Shown here in pieces: positions 1 through 13,900 of a stretch of 63,196 nt of DNA. Origin of the DNA: an uncultured Eubacteriales bacterium (GTDB lineage Bacteria > Bacillota > Clostridia > Christensenellales > CAG-917); NCBI GenBank assembly GCA_900547975.1, contig URIX01000005.1, forward strand, positions 1-63,196. Direction: 5' to 3'. Both the position numbers and the translations under genes were made by a program. The notes under the pieces are model-generated. The model ran no database searches and had not been told where the DNA came from. It saw nothing but the letters and a program-made list of their open reading frames with translations. Numbering within the stretch: the first letter of the stretch is position 1; every line of letters starts with the position of its first letter.

Positions 1-290
1 AGGTATCGTCCTCTCATTATGCCACTCGTTCACGGGCGAAAAAAATCCACACTCGCCCGTTCACTTGTACTAATCGTCAAGTTCGGCGCTCATAGGCTCG
101 CCGCCTTGCGGCTCGTGTTCCGTCTTCAAAAAGGCAGAGTAGTTGTATAAGAACACCTTGAACGAGTGAGCGTTAAAAAAGTCCGCGATATAATCGCGGA
201 CGGCGGTTTTATTTCGTCTTCGAACGGGCAGATTCCGTGTAAGAGTAGTCTTCGAACAAGTTTTCGTTTCGGGTGCGGGTGTCCCGCCCT
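1..290 (+). repeat. Structured intergenic repeat, copy A (subfamily 1; 5' part cut by the window edge)
   Basis: nt 1-125 are roughly 93% identical to 45637-45761 (copy B). It carries hairpin ACGGGCGA (32-39) / TCGCCCGT (53-60), the conserved GTCAAG-TCGGCGCTC...CTCGCCGCCTTGCGGCTCG core, and a 3' hairpin GCGGG (275-279) / CCCGC (283-287). An ATTATTA-type AT microsatellite follows at 291-330. Confidence 0.7.
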
Positions 291-339
291 CAATTATTAA
301 TTATTAATTATTCATTATTAATTTTTTCCTACGGAAAAA

Positions 340-1395
340 TCAAAACCCAAAGTTCCCTGGGGTGATAAACAAGCCGCTGATGAGACTCAATAGAGCGGCG
401 AGAAGAACGACGTGGACGACGTAGACAATGAGCGCGTGCTTGCCGAAGAAGCAGACCGCTTTTTCTATGCCTTTGGCAATCACGGTCGTGACTTTGCCTG
501 CGCCGAGCATAAAATTGAGGGTATTTATGGAAAAATCTCGCAGAGATTTCTTTTCGCTTTCGACGTTTGCGTAAAGTGCGTCGCAAGTCTTTTTGTAGAG
601 TGCTTTCGTAAGTTCGAAGCGAACGAGAGACAGCCGCTCATAGTAGAATAATTCGCCTATCAGCACGCCTGCGAAATAAAAGGCGGTGTAGGGTATGAGC
701 GTAAACAAATCGCCGGGTGAAAACTCGCTTTGCGAATAGAACGGCGACGGATTGCCCCAAAAGTCGTGCGGCGGAAATACGATTGCGAATATTTTGGGCG
801 TAGTCGCGGGCGGCGTATAGCAAAAATACAGACATAGCGTGACGATTATAAGCGCAATACTTGCGCCGACCATTGCCCATCTGTTGTCGCGCACCACGAA
901 CGATATGAGCGCATACAAGAGCATAGAAAAAGCGAGGAAATCGAGCACGCCGAACGCCACGAAAACGCCGTCGATGCCCATTTGATATTGCGCTATGTAC
1001 GAGCCGAGCGTGTAAATTAAAGCCACGACGAGCAGTTGCGCGCCGCGCTTTGCGTTGTTGCGCGAAAACGTGCAGGATATGCCCGAAATGGAAAAGAAAA
1101 CGAACAAAACTATCGGGTGAATTATATCTCTTACGCCGCTTGCGCATCCGCTCACCCAGTTGTAGCAAAAGGTCGTGAAAGCGTCGCCGACGCCTCTGCG
1201 AACAAAATCGCGTCCGTACCACTGCACTCCGAAATACGACCCGAGCAAAATTGCCAAATGGTCGAGAATCATAAGTAATACGCAAACACCTCGCAAAAAG
1301 TCGATTTCCCAAATGCGATTGCGTTTTCTTTTGGGAACGAGGGTGATTTGCACGTCGTCCGAGACGAGTGGATTTTTTTGTACGACCGATTGCAT
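340..1395 (-). CDS. Polytopic membrane protein, DUF1624 / heparan-alpha-glucosaminide N-acetyltransferase-like acyltransferase family
   Basis: 351-aa ORF. The N-terminal motif IWEIDFLRGVCVLLMILDH is typical of DUF1624-type acyltransferases. Multiple hydrophobic helices run through the rest of the protein. Confidence 0.65.
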   Translation of the reverse strand: MQSVVQKNPLVSDDVQITLVPKRKRNRIWEIDFLRGVCVLLMILDHLAILLGSYFGVQWYGRDFVRRGVGDAFTTFCYNWVSGCASGVRDIIHPIVLFVFFSISGISCTFSRNNAKRGAQLLVVALIYTLGSYIAQYQMGIDGVFVAFGVLDFLAFSMLLYALISFVVRDNRWAMVGASIALIIVTLCLYFCYTPPATTPKIFAIVFPPHDFWGNPSPFYSQSEFSPGDLFTLIPYTAFYFAGVLIGELFYYERLSLVRFELTKALYKKTCDALYANVESEKKSLRDFSINTLNFMLGAGKVTTVIAKGIEKAVCFFGKHALIVYVVHVVLLAALLSLISGLFITPGNFGF

Positions 1396-1806
1396 AAAAT
1401 GAATATAGCACTATTCTATATGCGCTGTCAACGAACGGCGAGGTAAGCGAGGAAAGAGAGAAAATCAGCGCGGATAGATATGCGAATTTTGCATAATAAA
1501 AGCAAAATTTCGCGAAAATCGAAAAAAGAAAAATTTGAGGCGACGAAAAATTTTTTCAATGATTCTAACCGTGCGAAAAACGCGGACAAACGACAGTAAA
1601 AATATGGAAAACAATGCGATAGAATGTCGAAAAACGCAAGATTTGTGCGTATACGGCGACGAAAACCCGAAAACGCGGCGAAACAGGAAAAATTTGCCGC
1701 AGTGACGGCGCAAAAGCGCAAAAATCGAGCAAATTCCCCTACAAGTTGTGCTTTGAGAGTCGCTCTACCACAAGGTATAGTTAACGGCATTCTAACAAGA
1801 TATGTA

Positions 1807-1835
1807 TTGACAAACGCGCGAAAAAAACGTATAAT
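1807..1835 (+). promoter_or_regulatory. Consensus sigma-A type promoter of the giant gene
   Basis: TTGACA (1807-1812), an exact 17-nt spacer, then TATAAT (1830-1835), about 65 nt upstream of the ATG at 1900. The leader contains a 7-bp hairpin CATATGC (1857-1863) / GCATATG (1879-1885) just before the SD GGAGGAG (1890-1896). Confidence 0.7.
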
Positions 1836-1899
1836 TGACCTGTATAATAATCTACACATATGCGCTACACGCGTAAAGGCATATGTTTCGGAGGAGATT

Positions 1900-1974
1900 A
1901 TGAGAATGAGAAAGTTATCGCTCGTATTGATGCTCGTGCTGATCAGCGTTATGCTGTTCGGCCTCGTGGCGTGC
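1900..1974 (+). other. Lipoprotein signal peptide and lipobox (L-V-A-C; Cys codon 1972-1974)
   Basis: Positively charged n-region (RMRK), an 18-residue hydrophobic core, then LVAC followed by NPKTGG. This matches the [LVI][ASTVI][GAS]C lipobox rule. Confidence 0.85.
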
Positions 1975-4900
1975 AATCCGAAAACCGGCGGGGACATCGA
2001 TGCTCCCGTCATTCCTACGCCGTCGCCGGACAATCCGGACATCGACAACGCCACGTATATCGGCGCGCAGGATTTCTGGAACGCTTTCAAGGCCGCCGCT
2101 CTTAACGAAGCGGGTGCGGAAAAAGACAAGCGTTACATAAGGGTTGACACGGCATTCGTGATGGGCTTTTCCAAAGATTCGTCCGATTCGCTTGTCGTTG
2201 CTCGCTTTGCAGGGAACATCGATACGCTCGATGATTCGAACAGCGAAATACTCGTTGAATTCCGCAAGTTGGCAACCGAAATAAACGGCAGAACCGTCGA
2301 TCAAGACACCATCTGTACGATGGCTAAAAACGGCGAAGGAACTCTGCTTTTCGGCGCGTATTATTACGAAGGCAAACTTGTTGCGGATATGCGCGGAATC
2401 AAGAAGGGCGACGGCGTTCACGTCGTTTACACCGACACGATCGACATGACAAAATTCGTGTCGAGATTCAAAGACGCACTCGAACAACTCGATCTTTCCT
2501 CTGTTTTGTACGACACTTTGATGGGCTATGACATCGGCGGACTCGTCAATAGCCTTATCAAAATCGATATCGCGCATTTGACGGTCGAGCAGTTGCTCGT
2601 CAACGTATTGTTCGGCGCAAGCAAGGGCACGTGCGTTGACTACGGCAACGGACATCAAGTGTTGCGTATGCCTTGCGACCTCGGACTTATCGTCAGCATA
2701 ATTCCGCTCGTTCAAGGTCTTATCCCCGAAAACATCATCGGACTCGTCAAGGACGTACTCGGTCTCGATTTGGGCAAACTCGGCGCGCTCGCCGGTATGG
2801 CTCTTTATGTGGAAGCCGACATTATGAACGGCGCGCTTCAAGGCACGACGTTCGACATCGACGTAAATCTCAACTCTTACGGCGTTGAGGGCGTCGAAGA
2901 AAAGTACGGCACGTTCCAGTCCGAATTCGGCATTAAACTCGGCTACGCGAAAGCAGACTTTGCGGGTGCCCCCGACCTCGACTTAGTCGGCAGTGAAGAA
3001 AAGCCGGGACTTCTCAAAAATCGCAACGAAAAGAACACCGCTCGTCAAGACGGTGAAAAATCCCTTTACGACGCCGTAAACGAAAGTGCGGAAAAATATT
3101 CTTTCCTCACTCTCGACGGCGCAATCACTCTCACTCTCAACTTCAACGAAAAGAAAGTGTCTATCGACAACGTGATAGGCTCTTTCGGCACTCTCATTTC
3201 AAATCTTCTCACAAAAAATCTCGACCCCGCAATGCTCGAAGCGCTCAAACCGTTGTTTGCAAAAGAAATAGATTTTGCCAGCGGCACGGTTAAACTCACA
3301 ATCAAACTTCAAGCAGACATCAACACCAGAGACGCAAAAAAGACAAGACTCGCAGCGGAAATTCTCGGCAGTAACGGCGCAAAACGCTTAACGGCTTACT
3401 ACACCGGCGAGAAAGAAGGAGTGTACATCGACGCAAGCGGCTTGCTCGGTTACAACGGAACGAAGTTCAAAATCGACGACATCAACGTCAATGAACTCTT
3501 GAACAGCCTTGTCGACAAAGTGTTTGAAACCATCAAAGGCGCAATCGACGGCCTCAAAGGCGGCGCAACCGCTCAAAACATTCAACAAGCGTTTGTAGAC
3601 AACGGCGAAATCGTCATTCAACACGGCGCGTATTCTGCGGCGGAAGGCGACGGCTCTGTCGACGTCTTGTCCCTCGTAAGTATGATTCTCGACCATATTA
3701 ACGTCAATATGGACGGAAATATCTTCAATATCAGGGACATAAGCGTAGATTTGTCGAGAGATATTCTCGACACAATCTTCTCGCTTGTGTTTACAGGCGA
3801 TAACGCAGGTGCGGACATCCCCATCACAGGCGCATTGCTCAAATACGTCAACAACGGCGCGCAACAAAACAAGAACCTCACTTTGAGTGCGGAACTCGGT
3901 GTTCGCGAATATAACGAAGCAAACACCGAATACAGCCTCGCGCCGCTCATCGGTCTTGCGCTCGGCGTTGACATTACCTTTGGTAAAATCAACAATTTGC
4001 CCGACTTCGAGGCAACGTTTGAAAAACTCGAGAGCGAACTTGACCAAAACGAAGGCGCATATCTTCCCATCCTCAAAAACGGCGCGTTGAACACGGATTT
4101 GCTTCACGTCAACGTGTCGACGGGGCTTACCCTCGACATCGAAACCCTCAAAGGCGAACTCGCAAAGATCGAAGTCAATATGCCCGAGAAAGAAATCGGC
4201 ACGATGTTCAAGGGTATTTTGCTCAAAGCGTTGATCGAACTCGGAAACATCGACGGCGGTCTTAAACTCGACATAAACGCCGACATCGACCTTACCGGCG
4301 GTCTCGATACGAGCGCGATCCTCGATTTGCTTTTGAAATCTTCCGCAAAGATTGCGATTTCAAAACAATCCGACAACGAAGAAGTGCTTGCGCTCTATTT
4401 GCAAGACGGTTGGGTGTATCTCAAAGCGGACCTTCTTTGCATAAGCGTTAAACAAATCAAACTTAATGTCAGAGAACTTATCGATATGCTCGGAAAGAGT
4501 TCGAACGATTCGTCGAGCAATCAGGCGCTCGTCGCAGATGAAAAAGAAGACGGCAAAGACGGAATGGACATCAATGCCGTTCTCGGCTTCGTGGCAGGTA
4601 TCATCGACGGATTCAAACTCGGCAATCACGCCCTCGAAGTCGTCCTTGTTTCCAACCTCTTTGAACAAGTCCTCGGACTTCTCAACATCGACGGCGTTAA
4701 GATTGAATTTGCAAGCACCGAATTCGACGGCGGAATCCGCATTGCTCTCAACGACGGACTCAATCTTCCCGAACTTCAACTCGGCGTGTTCGTGTCTTTG
4801 GGCAACAACGTCAACCTCGACTTGTCCATCAACGGTTTGTCCGCAGGTTTGAACGATAAAGCGAATGACTATTTGTTGAAAGACAATCGTCAAAGCGACG

Positions 4901-7900
4901 ATTTCACCGAAATTCTCGAATATCCCTTCCTCGGACTCGACCTCACGCTCGGTCTTAACGTCACGGCGGACCAAGGCGCGAGAGAACTCGTGTTCGGCGA
5001 AGGTAAGTACTGGCTCGATTCTAACGGACAGTACGTCGAAATCGAAAAAACGCCCGTTCCCGACGGATACACCGGCAAACTTTATTACAAGGATTCCGAC
5101 GGCATATATCAAGAAGAAAATATAACCAAAGCGACTCTCGCATTCGACGAACCGCTTAATCTCAACTACGAGTTGCGCATCGCGGGGCAACTCGACCTTT
5201 CGCCTATCGTCGAATACTTGCTCGGCGCGACCCAAATCAATACAAAGGGCAACGTCAGCGAGTTGATGATTGAACTTACGGGCAAAAAGACAAGCGACAT
5301 CGGCGGTCAAGCGACTGCCGAACGCAAAGTTTTGCTCGGACTTTATTACACGGGCGGTTCGCTCTATATCGACGCGAGCAACTTTGGTGTGGATAAGGTC
5401 AGAACGGACGTTGATCTCTATGAGATCATACTTGCATTGCTCGCAAAAGACTCGACCGTCGTTGTCAACGGCGCAAAGGGTACGGAAGCAATGACGGCGG
5501 AAGATAACGACCAAAACGACGCCGCTGCGAGAAAGGCGCTTGCGCTCGATATTATCGCAACGCTTTCTTCCGACAACGTTAAGTTGCAAATCGCAAAGGG
5601 CTTGACCGACATCCTTTATCAACTCATCGGAATCGACGCAAGCGACATCACTGCTTGGGCGCAAATCGCTTGGGCAAACGTAAAGGATAAATTCGACAAC
5701 AAACCCGTCCGTATCGCACTTGACGTCAACAACGACGCAGGTCAACAAATCGGCGGTGCGGAAATCTATATCGGCACGACCGTAAAAGGAGAAAACGGCG
5801 AAACTCTCAGCCCGCTCAAACTCGAAATCGGCGGCGACGCTGTCGAACCTATCAAAATTGTACGCGACGGACAAAAAATGCAAGAAATGGCGTCCTACGT
5901 CCAAAGCGAAGGCAACGTGTTCGGGGATATAGACTTGTTCAACGACTACGGCGACGTCACCATTCCCAGCATTTACGCCGAAATTCAAGGCACGTTCACG
6001 GTCGGCGCGCTTCAAGGCAACAAGTCTTGGACGGTCGGCGAATGGATTGCGACCTTCCTTGACGACAGCAATCCCGAACTCAATTCGTTCATAAGACAAC
6101 TTCTTCTCACCTACAAAGTGCCTGTCGAAGCGGGCGCAAACATCGGATTCCGCATTGCGCTCAACGCACATCTCAATCCCGACGTTCCCGTTGACCTCAC
6201 TCAAAACGTAGTGTTCAAGAAGTATGAAAATTCAAAACTCGCAGACCTCGCAAAATATGTCGAAGTCTACAAACTCAACGGCACGAAATACGTCCTTCTC
6301 ACCGACGAGGAACGCACGACGTTCGACGGCGACGTATACCTCAAACAATACGTTGCGGGCGGCATTGCGCTCGCCGAAGTGACAGACCTCAATTACAGAG
6401 GCGAAGGCTACGTCCTCGTTGACGGCAACTACGTCAAAATCAAAGTCACGGACGAAAATCAAGAACAATACGCAAACGACAAAATTTACACCGCGGCAAG
6501 TTTGCTCGACATCGCGTACATCGCGTCTCACAGCGACGTCGCAATCGAAATCTACAACGAGAAAATAACTCTTGTCGACAAGATGTCCAATGCGGAAAAA
6601 CTCGAACACGTTATCCTCGCGTTGCGTTTGCAAAGCACGGGTGAAAATGCGCAAGGTCAAGCGGTAAGCACGGTTTACCTCGATTTGAGCAACGACTTCC
6701 ACCTTGCTTTGACCAACATCGATCTCGGCGCATTGCTCGGCGGATTGATTAAGGGCGGCGACAAAGACGGGAAAAACGGCACGGCAACGGCGAGCGCGGA
6801 CGGCGGAATCGACCTTATGGGTATTCTCGGCAAGGTGCTCGGCGGTATCATCGGCTATATCGGCGTAGACACCGAAGGTTTGCAAATCAACTTTGCGGAA
6901 GCACTCGTCGCAACCCTCGTGCAAATGCTCGCAGGCAAGCAAGTAGACCCCGAAAAGTTCATCAAACTCAATTCGGACAGAAGTTATCTCGCATTTGCGT
7001 GGAAAAACGATTATAAACTCGAACTCAACCTTCAAATCGACCCCGTATACGTCGGATTCGAACTCAGTTCCGTCAAACTCGCACTCGGCAAAAAGGGCGG
7101 TGTTTTGCCCGAAGATTTCGACCCGAACGTATACACGACGGCTGAAAATCTCAGCACGCTTTCTCTCAATGTAGATCTCGGGCTCGACTTGCAACTCAAA
7201 GGACAAGACGAGCAAGTACGACTTGAAAAATACCTCGATTTGTTCATTGCGGATCTTGGTATAAAACTGGGAATCGATATGTTCGACGATATCGAATATA
7301 ATATCGGATTGAGCCTCGGCGCAAATCTTGCACTCAACGAGCCGAACGATAGCAATATTGTTCTTGAAGTTAAAAATAAAATAACAAATAAGAATATATT
7401 AGCGTTTTACGTCGAAGGTCAGAACATTTATTTGGACTTCGGAAGCCTTGGACGTCAACCCGTTTATCTCGAAGGAACAAACCTTTGCGACGAGATTTGC
7501 AAGTATGTTATCGGCTTGCTCGGCAACCTCGATTCAATCGTTAAAAACGGTGCGTCCGTCGCAGCGGACGAAGTCGTCGCAAACAGCGCGGACGAGCAAA
7601 TGCAACTCGTTCTCGACATCACGGACGGCAAACTCGGCGCACTCGTTATGCAAAACGTCCTCGTAGGACTTATTGCTGCACTCACGTCGAAAGACGGCAG
7701 TACGGATATTGCGAACATCATCGAAAAACTCGACCTCGACATTTCCGTCGGCGTTGACTTGCAACTCGACCCGTCTATCGCAATAGACGTTAACGTTGAC
7801 AGCAAACTCATCGCACTCGGCGTGAGCGTTGAAAACATCGACGTTGCAACCGGAACGAATAGCAACGCATATGCGGCAATCCGCGAAAAAGCGCAAAAGG

Positions 7901-10900
7901 GTATCAGAGGCGACGATAAGTTCGTCCTTCTCACAAACGACGAAAAGGCAACTTACGAGGGCAAGAGATACAACAAAGACGGCGACAAGTTCGTCGAAGC
8001 GGAAAACGGCGATTACAGAGGTTACTACACCGAGATGTCCAATGCGCACATCATCGAAGTCGACCTCAGTTTGATCGTTGATTACTATGCAAGCGCAACT
8101 TACACTCTCGTCACCGACCAAAGAGCACTCGAAACACAATCGCCGCTCGATAGATATTCGTACAGCAAGAACGAGCAAAGATTCGTGCAAGACCCCAACG
8201 GCACTTACGTCCGCGAAGGTTTTGCGTTCGACAAATTGCTCGATTTCGTGCTCAATATGGACGGTTTGCAAAGCATTCTTGCAACGATGCTTCCGCAAAT
8301 CCGTATCAACACCGACAATGAGGAAGTCAGATTCGACGTGCTAAAAGACAAGTTCAGCGTCGGCGATTTACTCAAACGTTTGGGACTCAACCTCGTGCTT
8401 TCCGACAAGATGGACGACGGCTTCAAACTCGACATAAAGGCAAGACTTAATCTCCAAAAGATAGGTATGGAAGACATGTCGAAGATTGACTGGAAGAATC
8501 TCAATCTTGACATCGACACCATTCTCAAAGGCTTGGAAGCGTACGTCGGAATCGACTTCGATTACGAACACGAAGGCACCAACGCCAAAATCGGCATATA
8601 TCTCGAAGACGGCATAGTGTTTGTCGATATGGACGGCATTGGCGGTCCGCGCGTACAAGTGGGCCTTATCGACTTGCTTGAAAAACTCGGCATTGCGCTC
8701 GGCACAAGCAGTTCGAACAGCGAAGCAAGCACGGCGGCGGATACGACAGACGGCTCCGACGCGACAGATTCGGACAAGACAAACGACAAGGTCAGCGTCG
8801 GTCAAATCCTCAATATGATCGTTTCCAAGATCGTACTTGCAGGCAAGCCGTGGATAATCGGCGGCAACACCAATAGAATTGACCAACTCGGCGTATTCGT
8901 GCGCGCAAACTTCATCAACGACTTGTTCTCGATGTTGTTAAAGACGGCAATAAATTCCGAAAACACGGTTGTGGACGAATCTCAAAGCGGTTTGTTCATT
9001 TATCCGCAAACAGACAAGTTTGCATACTGTGGCGTTGACGAAGCACTCGCTTTGCAACTCAAACTCGCTCTTGCAAACAAGAAAGACCCGATCGATCGCG
9101 AAACGGGCGAACTTTCTTCAAAATCTCAATACCTTATCGACCTCAATCTCGGACTTGACGCCAAAGTCGGACTTGTCAGCGTAGATACCAACTATCAACC
9201 GCTTCTCGACAACGACGAAAAACTCGAATTCATCTCGCTTGACGACTACATCGAAAACATCGTCAAACTCTCGGGCGGATTCCTTGGCGAAAATTATCAG
9301 AGAGAAACGAGTCTCAAAGACAATGCAATCTACTATGCCTTTGACAAAGACGACAACGGCGAATACTTGCTCAAGACGGGTATGTACCGCAAGCCCAACT
9401 TCACGGTTGACGCAAACGGCACGTACGTTCTCGGCGAAGACGGCGAATACAGACTCATAAACGACGGCGAAACTCTGCCCGAAGGCACGAAGCGTTACGC
9501 AAAAGAAGACCTCACCGGCGTTCAAATGTATTCTCGCTCTTACGCAACCGTAAAAACGGGCGAGGACGGCAAGCAATACGCATACACCGTCAAATATGAC
9601 GTCGATCCCGACGGCGTATATGTCTATGATGCCGAAAACGACGTCTACGTCAACAAGAACGACGCTTCCGCACCCGAAAGCAACACGTTCTATTCGAGAG
9701 TCGATAATCCGATTACCGTCACCGAAAAGGATGCAGACGGCAAAGAAACGACTCGCCACGCTCTTGCAAGCGAAGTCAAACTCTACAACAAGTGCGGGAA
9801 GACCGCATATCAAGATCAAAACGTTTCTTTGAGCGTAAGCGGCTTGATTTACTTCAATTCCGCAAGCGCGGAAGTCGTCAATGCGGGCGGCTTGCTTCCT
9901 AACGCGTTCCGCGATATGATCATCAACTTGCAAACGATGGCGGCATTCAACGCGGGCGTCGGTTTGAGAGTCTCCGCAAACATTGACCTTGCGGCACTCG
10001 ATTTGCAAGGACTTGCATCCGGCGGCACGTTCGGCGACTTTATCAATAACAGCGATTTGAGCAAAGTGGAACTCGCAATCGAATTCCTCGAAGTTGACGA
10101 CAAGGGCTACTTTGTAAAATACGACACGGCAAATGGCACGGACAACGGCAACGAAAAAGTGCTCGGCGGTATGTATTTGAGCGGCGGTACGTTCTATCTC
10201 GACCTCACGGGCATGGTTTCAACTGCCGAAAACTACTCCAAGATCGAAAACTTTGTTGATTTTGCAAAGAAAGTAATTGAGAAATTCAACAAGAAAGACG
10301 ACAAAGAAAACGGCGCGCAAACGGCAAGCGACGAAGCGGAAACTCGTTCGAGCCAACGCGACGCGGTTTTGTTGCTCGCATACAGCGACGCTCAATTCCA
10401 AATTCAAATCACAAAAGCGTTGATCGCTTTCGTGCTTAAAATGTTTATGCCCGATCTCGGCTCCCTCGAAGAAGTGTTTGACGTGTTCAACATCTCGTTG
10501 GGCGTTGATATCGGTCAACCCGTTTACAAGAGCGTGAAAGAATTAGCAGCGACCGATCCGGATCTGTATGCGAAATTCCAAAACGAGTATAAGGGCGACA
10601 GATATCGCAAGTACGAAACCGAAGATTTAAGCCAAAAAGCGGACACCGACACTTACTACGTCGCAGGCAACGCATACTATCTTGCAAGCACGACAAAAGT
10701 TTACGAAGTGACGGTTGATGGCGAGAATGTCACCCCCGTCGACGGCGAGAGGTTGAGATTTGCGGACGGCAACTTGGAAGCGGGCAAGACCTACGCAGTG
10801 CTCGAAAACGGCGTGTACGTAGTGATTGCAAACAAAGTTCAAGGCAAGTACGTCCATCCAAACGCAAACTACTATGCGAAAGTGGAAGGAAATACCGACC

Positions 10901-13900
10901 CCGTAAGTTTGCGCAGTTACAGAATGTACAGAAGAACGGACGGCGTTGAAAGCGTCACCGATACGTACATCGAAGGCGACACCTATATCCGCTACAACGG
11001 CGAAGAAAGACAAATCGAAGAATTGAGATCTCGTTTGTTCGGCTACGTCAAGGACGAAAACGGCGATTATTACAGAACGATCGACCTCTACAACAAAATA
11101 AGCGATTACTACATCGGACTCGACGCTGCAATCGGTTGCGTGAATATGGGTCTCAAACTCGGCGGAATCGAATTAGGTTTCGGCGCAGGCGAGGAATTGC
11201 TCCCGGCATACATCCGCGACGGCAAAGCGCACTCCTGTTTCGACAACGGCAAGGAAATCGAGTACACCGACGAAACCAAGAATTCGTACACCTTCGAAGA
11301 TATCCCGACAAATATGTTCTACGACACCATCATCACGGTGGGCTTCTCGGTTGAACTCGAACTCGGTGTTACGGAAGGCAAACTCGACTTCGGTAAGATT
11401 TTGAGCAGTATAATCGGCGACCTCACGGGCGTCGTGGTCGAAATGCCCTCAACCGCGAAGGGTTATTCTTCCGCACACTTCAGACTCGACGTGTCGCTTA
11501 TGGTTGACATCTACGACCTCACCAAGTCCGAACTCAAAATCGAACTCATCAACATGACCGAAACGGGTTACGAGAGTTTGTGGCTTGGCGCATACTACGT
11601 CAACAACACGATTTACGTCAACCTCAAAGACGCGTTCAACATTCAAAAGTTCGCAATCGGCGGTCTTAACATCGCGGAAATTCTCAAAGACTACATCATC
11701 GACTTCGATTCGGATGACGAATACTTTGTTGCGGGCGGCTCGCAAACGGCTTCCACGAGCGAAGCGTTTGTGGCAAGCGGCGCACAATCGAGCGCAGTCG
11801 ACCTCAGCGACAAAGAACTCGCTCTTTCGATACTCATCAACAGAGATTTGCTCACTTTGAAACTCGGCGACAAACTCTTTGACACCATCCTCGAATACAT
11901 CCCCGAAGATTTGCTCGGATTCGACATCAAAGACTTGTTCTATCAAGAAGTCAACGGCGGCTTGCAAGTCGAAATCAACACGTCCGACAGCATCAACCTT
12001 TCCGTTGACGTCGCGCTCGGTCTCGACGGCGACAGATACAACGCAGATTCCGAGTATGTTAAATTAACGGACGAAACAGCCAAAGCAGAACAAAACGAAA
12101 GCCTTGCAAACAAGGTCAACGGTTCTGCAAATTACTATGTCTTTAAGCAAAGCGACACAGGTCACTATGTCAAGAGCGGCAACTCTGTTCGCGCAATCAC
12201 GTCCAAAGAAGAAAACGACGTTAAAGCAGGCGACCGCTATGCCAAGTACAAAGTCCAAACGGACGAAGGCGTAAATGTTCCGTATCTTGTCGAGGTGCTC
12301 GACAACGGAAAGGGCGACGGCAGCGAAGTGCTCTCCAAGACTCATCTTCCGATGCTCGCAGTCGGCGAAGAATCGATTGTCATTTACAAGCACGTTGCGG
12401 GCGCGGTTGCAAACAAGTCCTACGTCGGCGACGGCGGCAAGTATGATATGACGCTCGAACTCGGACTTGCAATCAAGAATCTCGACGTTGCGTTCACCAA
12501 CTCTCGCACATACGTCCTCAGCGGCGACGAACTTGCAGAGTACACCAATATGGACGACGTAGACCGCTTTACGCTCAGCGAAACCATCGACATTACGACG
12601 CAATTCAAGAGCGGCACGGGCAATGACATCGATTTGAGCGCGGTGCTTCAAGCGTTCTTCCCGAGCCTCACCGCAGAGCAACTTCTCGTCATCAAGGCGC
12701 AAGCGGACGACGGCGGCGACGTAAATCGTTCCTTGCAACTTGTTTTGGACGTAGATATTCAAGTTGCGGCATTGCTTAACTTTATGCGTACCGAACTTGT
12801 CAAATACACCGACGACGACGATCAATTCGACGGTGATATGGACTTGTTCAAGGTTATCGAGTTGCTCAAAAAAGTGTTTGAAAAACTCAAAAAGAACACC
12901 GATAGTTTGACAAAACTCATCGCAGACATCGCAAGTTACGTCAACCTCAGCGTAAGACTTCAAACGAAGGGCGGCAACGATTCCGAATATCACGACATGC
13001 TCGGCATTTATATGGTGGGCGGCACGTTCGAGTTGCTCTCGGAAGAAGAAAAGACCAACGTCACGAGCGAGCATTACGTAGACCCGAGCGAGAGATTCGA
13101 CCACTACTTCGAAACGAAGAACGGCAGTTACTATCTCGACGAAACGACGGGCGAATACAACTACATAACTTCGGATGCGTTTGCGGGAACGAGATATTCC
13201 TACGATTCGAGTTATTGCTACAAGAACGAAAAGGGCAACTACAAGCGCGTAAACGGCGGCTTGTTCGTTGACCTCAGTTACTTCAACATTCCGTCCTTGC
13301 GCGTCGACGCAAACGAAATCAGAAAACTCGTGAGCGGCATCATTGCGCAAAGTTCGACGGAAGCAATGGCGGCGGCGGACGACACCCCCGATGACGGCGA
13401 GAAAGAAAAGATTTCGTTCCCGCTTGTCAAAGACGACAAGATACTCGGATATATCAGAACGTTTGCATACGGTTTGCAAATCACGTCGAGATACATCAAG
13501 GTGCTTGCAAACGCAGACTATATCAACAGCATTCTCTCTCTCGTAATGGGCGAGAACGCGATCCAATTCGACGACAGTAAGTTCGTCAACAAACCCAATG
13601 TCACGCTTTACACGGACAACACGAGATACTCTTACGAGAATGCGCAAGACGTTATCAACGAATTCAAGACCAAAGTAACGGGTCTCGACAAATCGTCGGA
13701 CGAGTACAAGAAGTACGCAAAAGAACTCGAAAGCACTCTCACCAAGTCCAAGTATTTGTTCGATATCGTTTCGTATACGGGCGAGGGCAATGAGAACAAA
13801 GGAATTTACTACAAAGACAGCGACGGCGCATACGTCCAAAAGTCCGAATTGTCCACCGTCGAGCGCAAAGCATACGACGAACAAGTCAAAGTGGGCAAAG

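Noticed and set aside
1624-1899. In-frame 92-codon upstream extension of the giant ORF (the track starts it at 1624)
   Set aside because: There is no RBS at 1624. The extension would overlap the consensus promoter at 1807-1835. It encodes a basic low-complexity peptide placed in front of a perfect signal peptide. The ATG at 1900 (or 1906) behind GGAGGAG is far more plausible.
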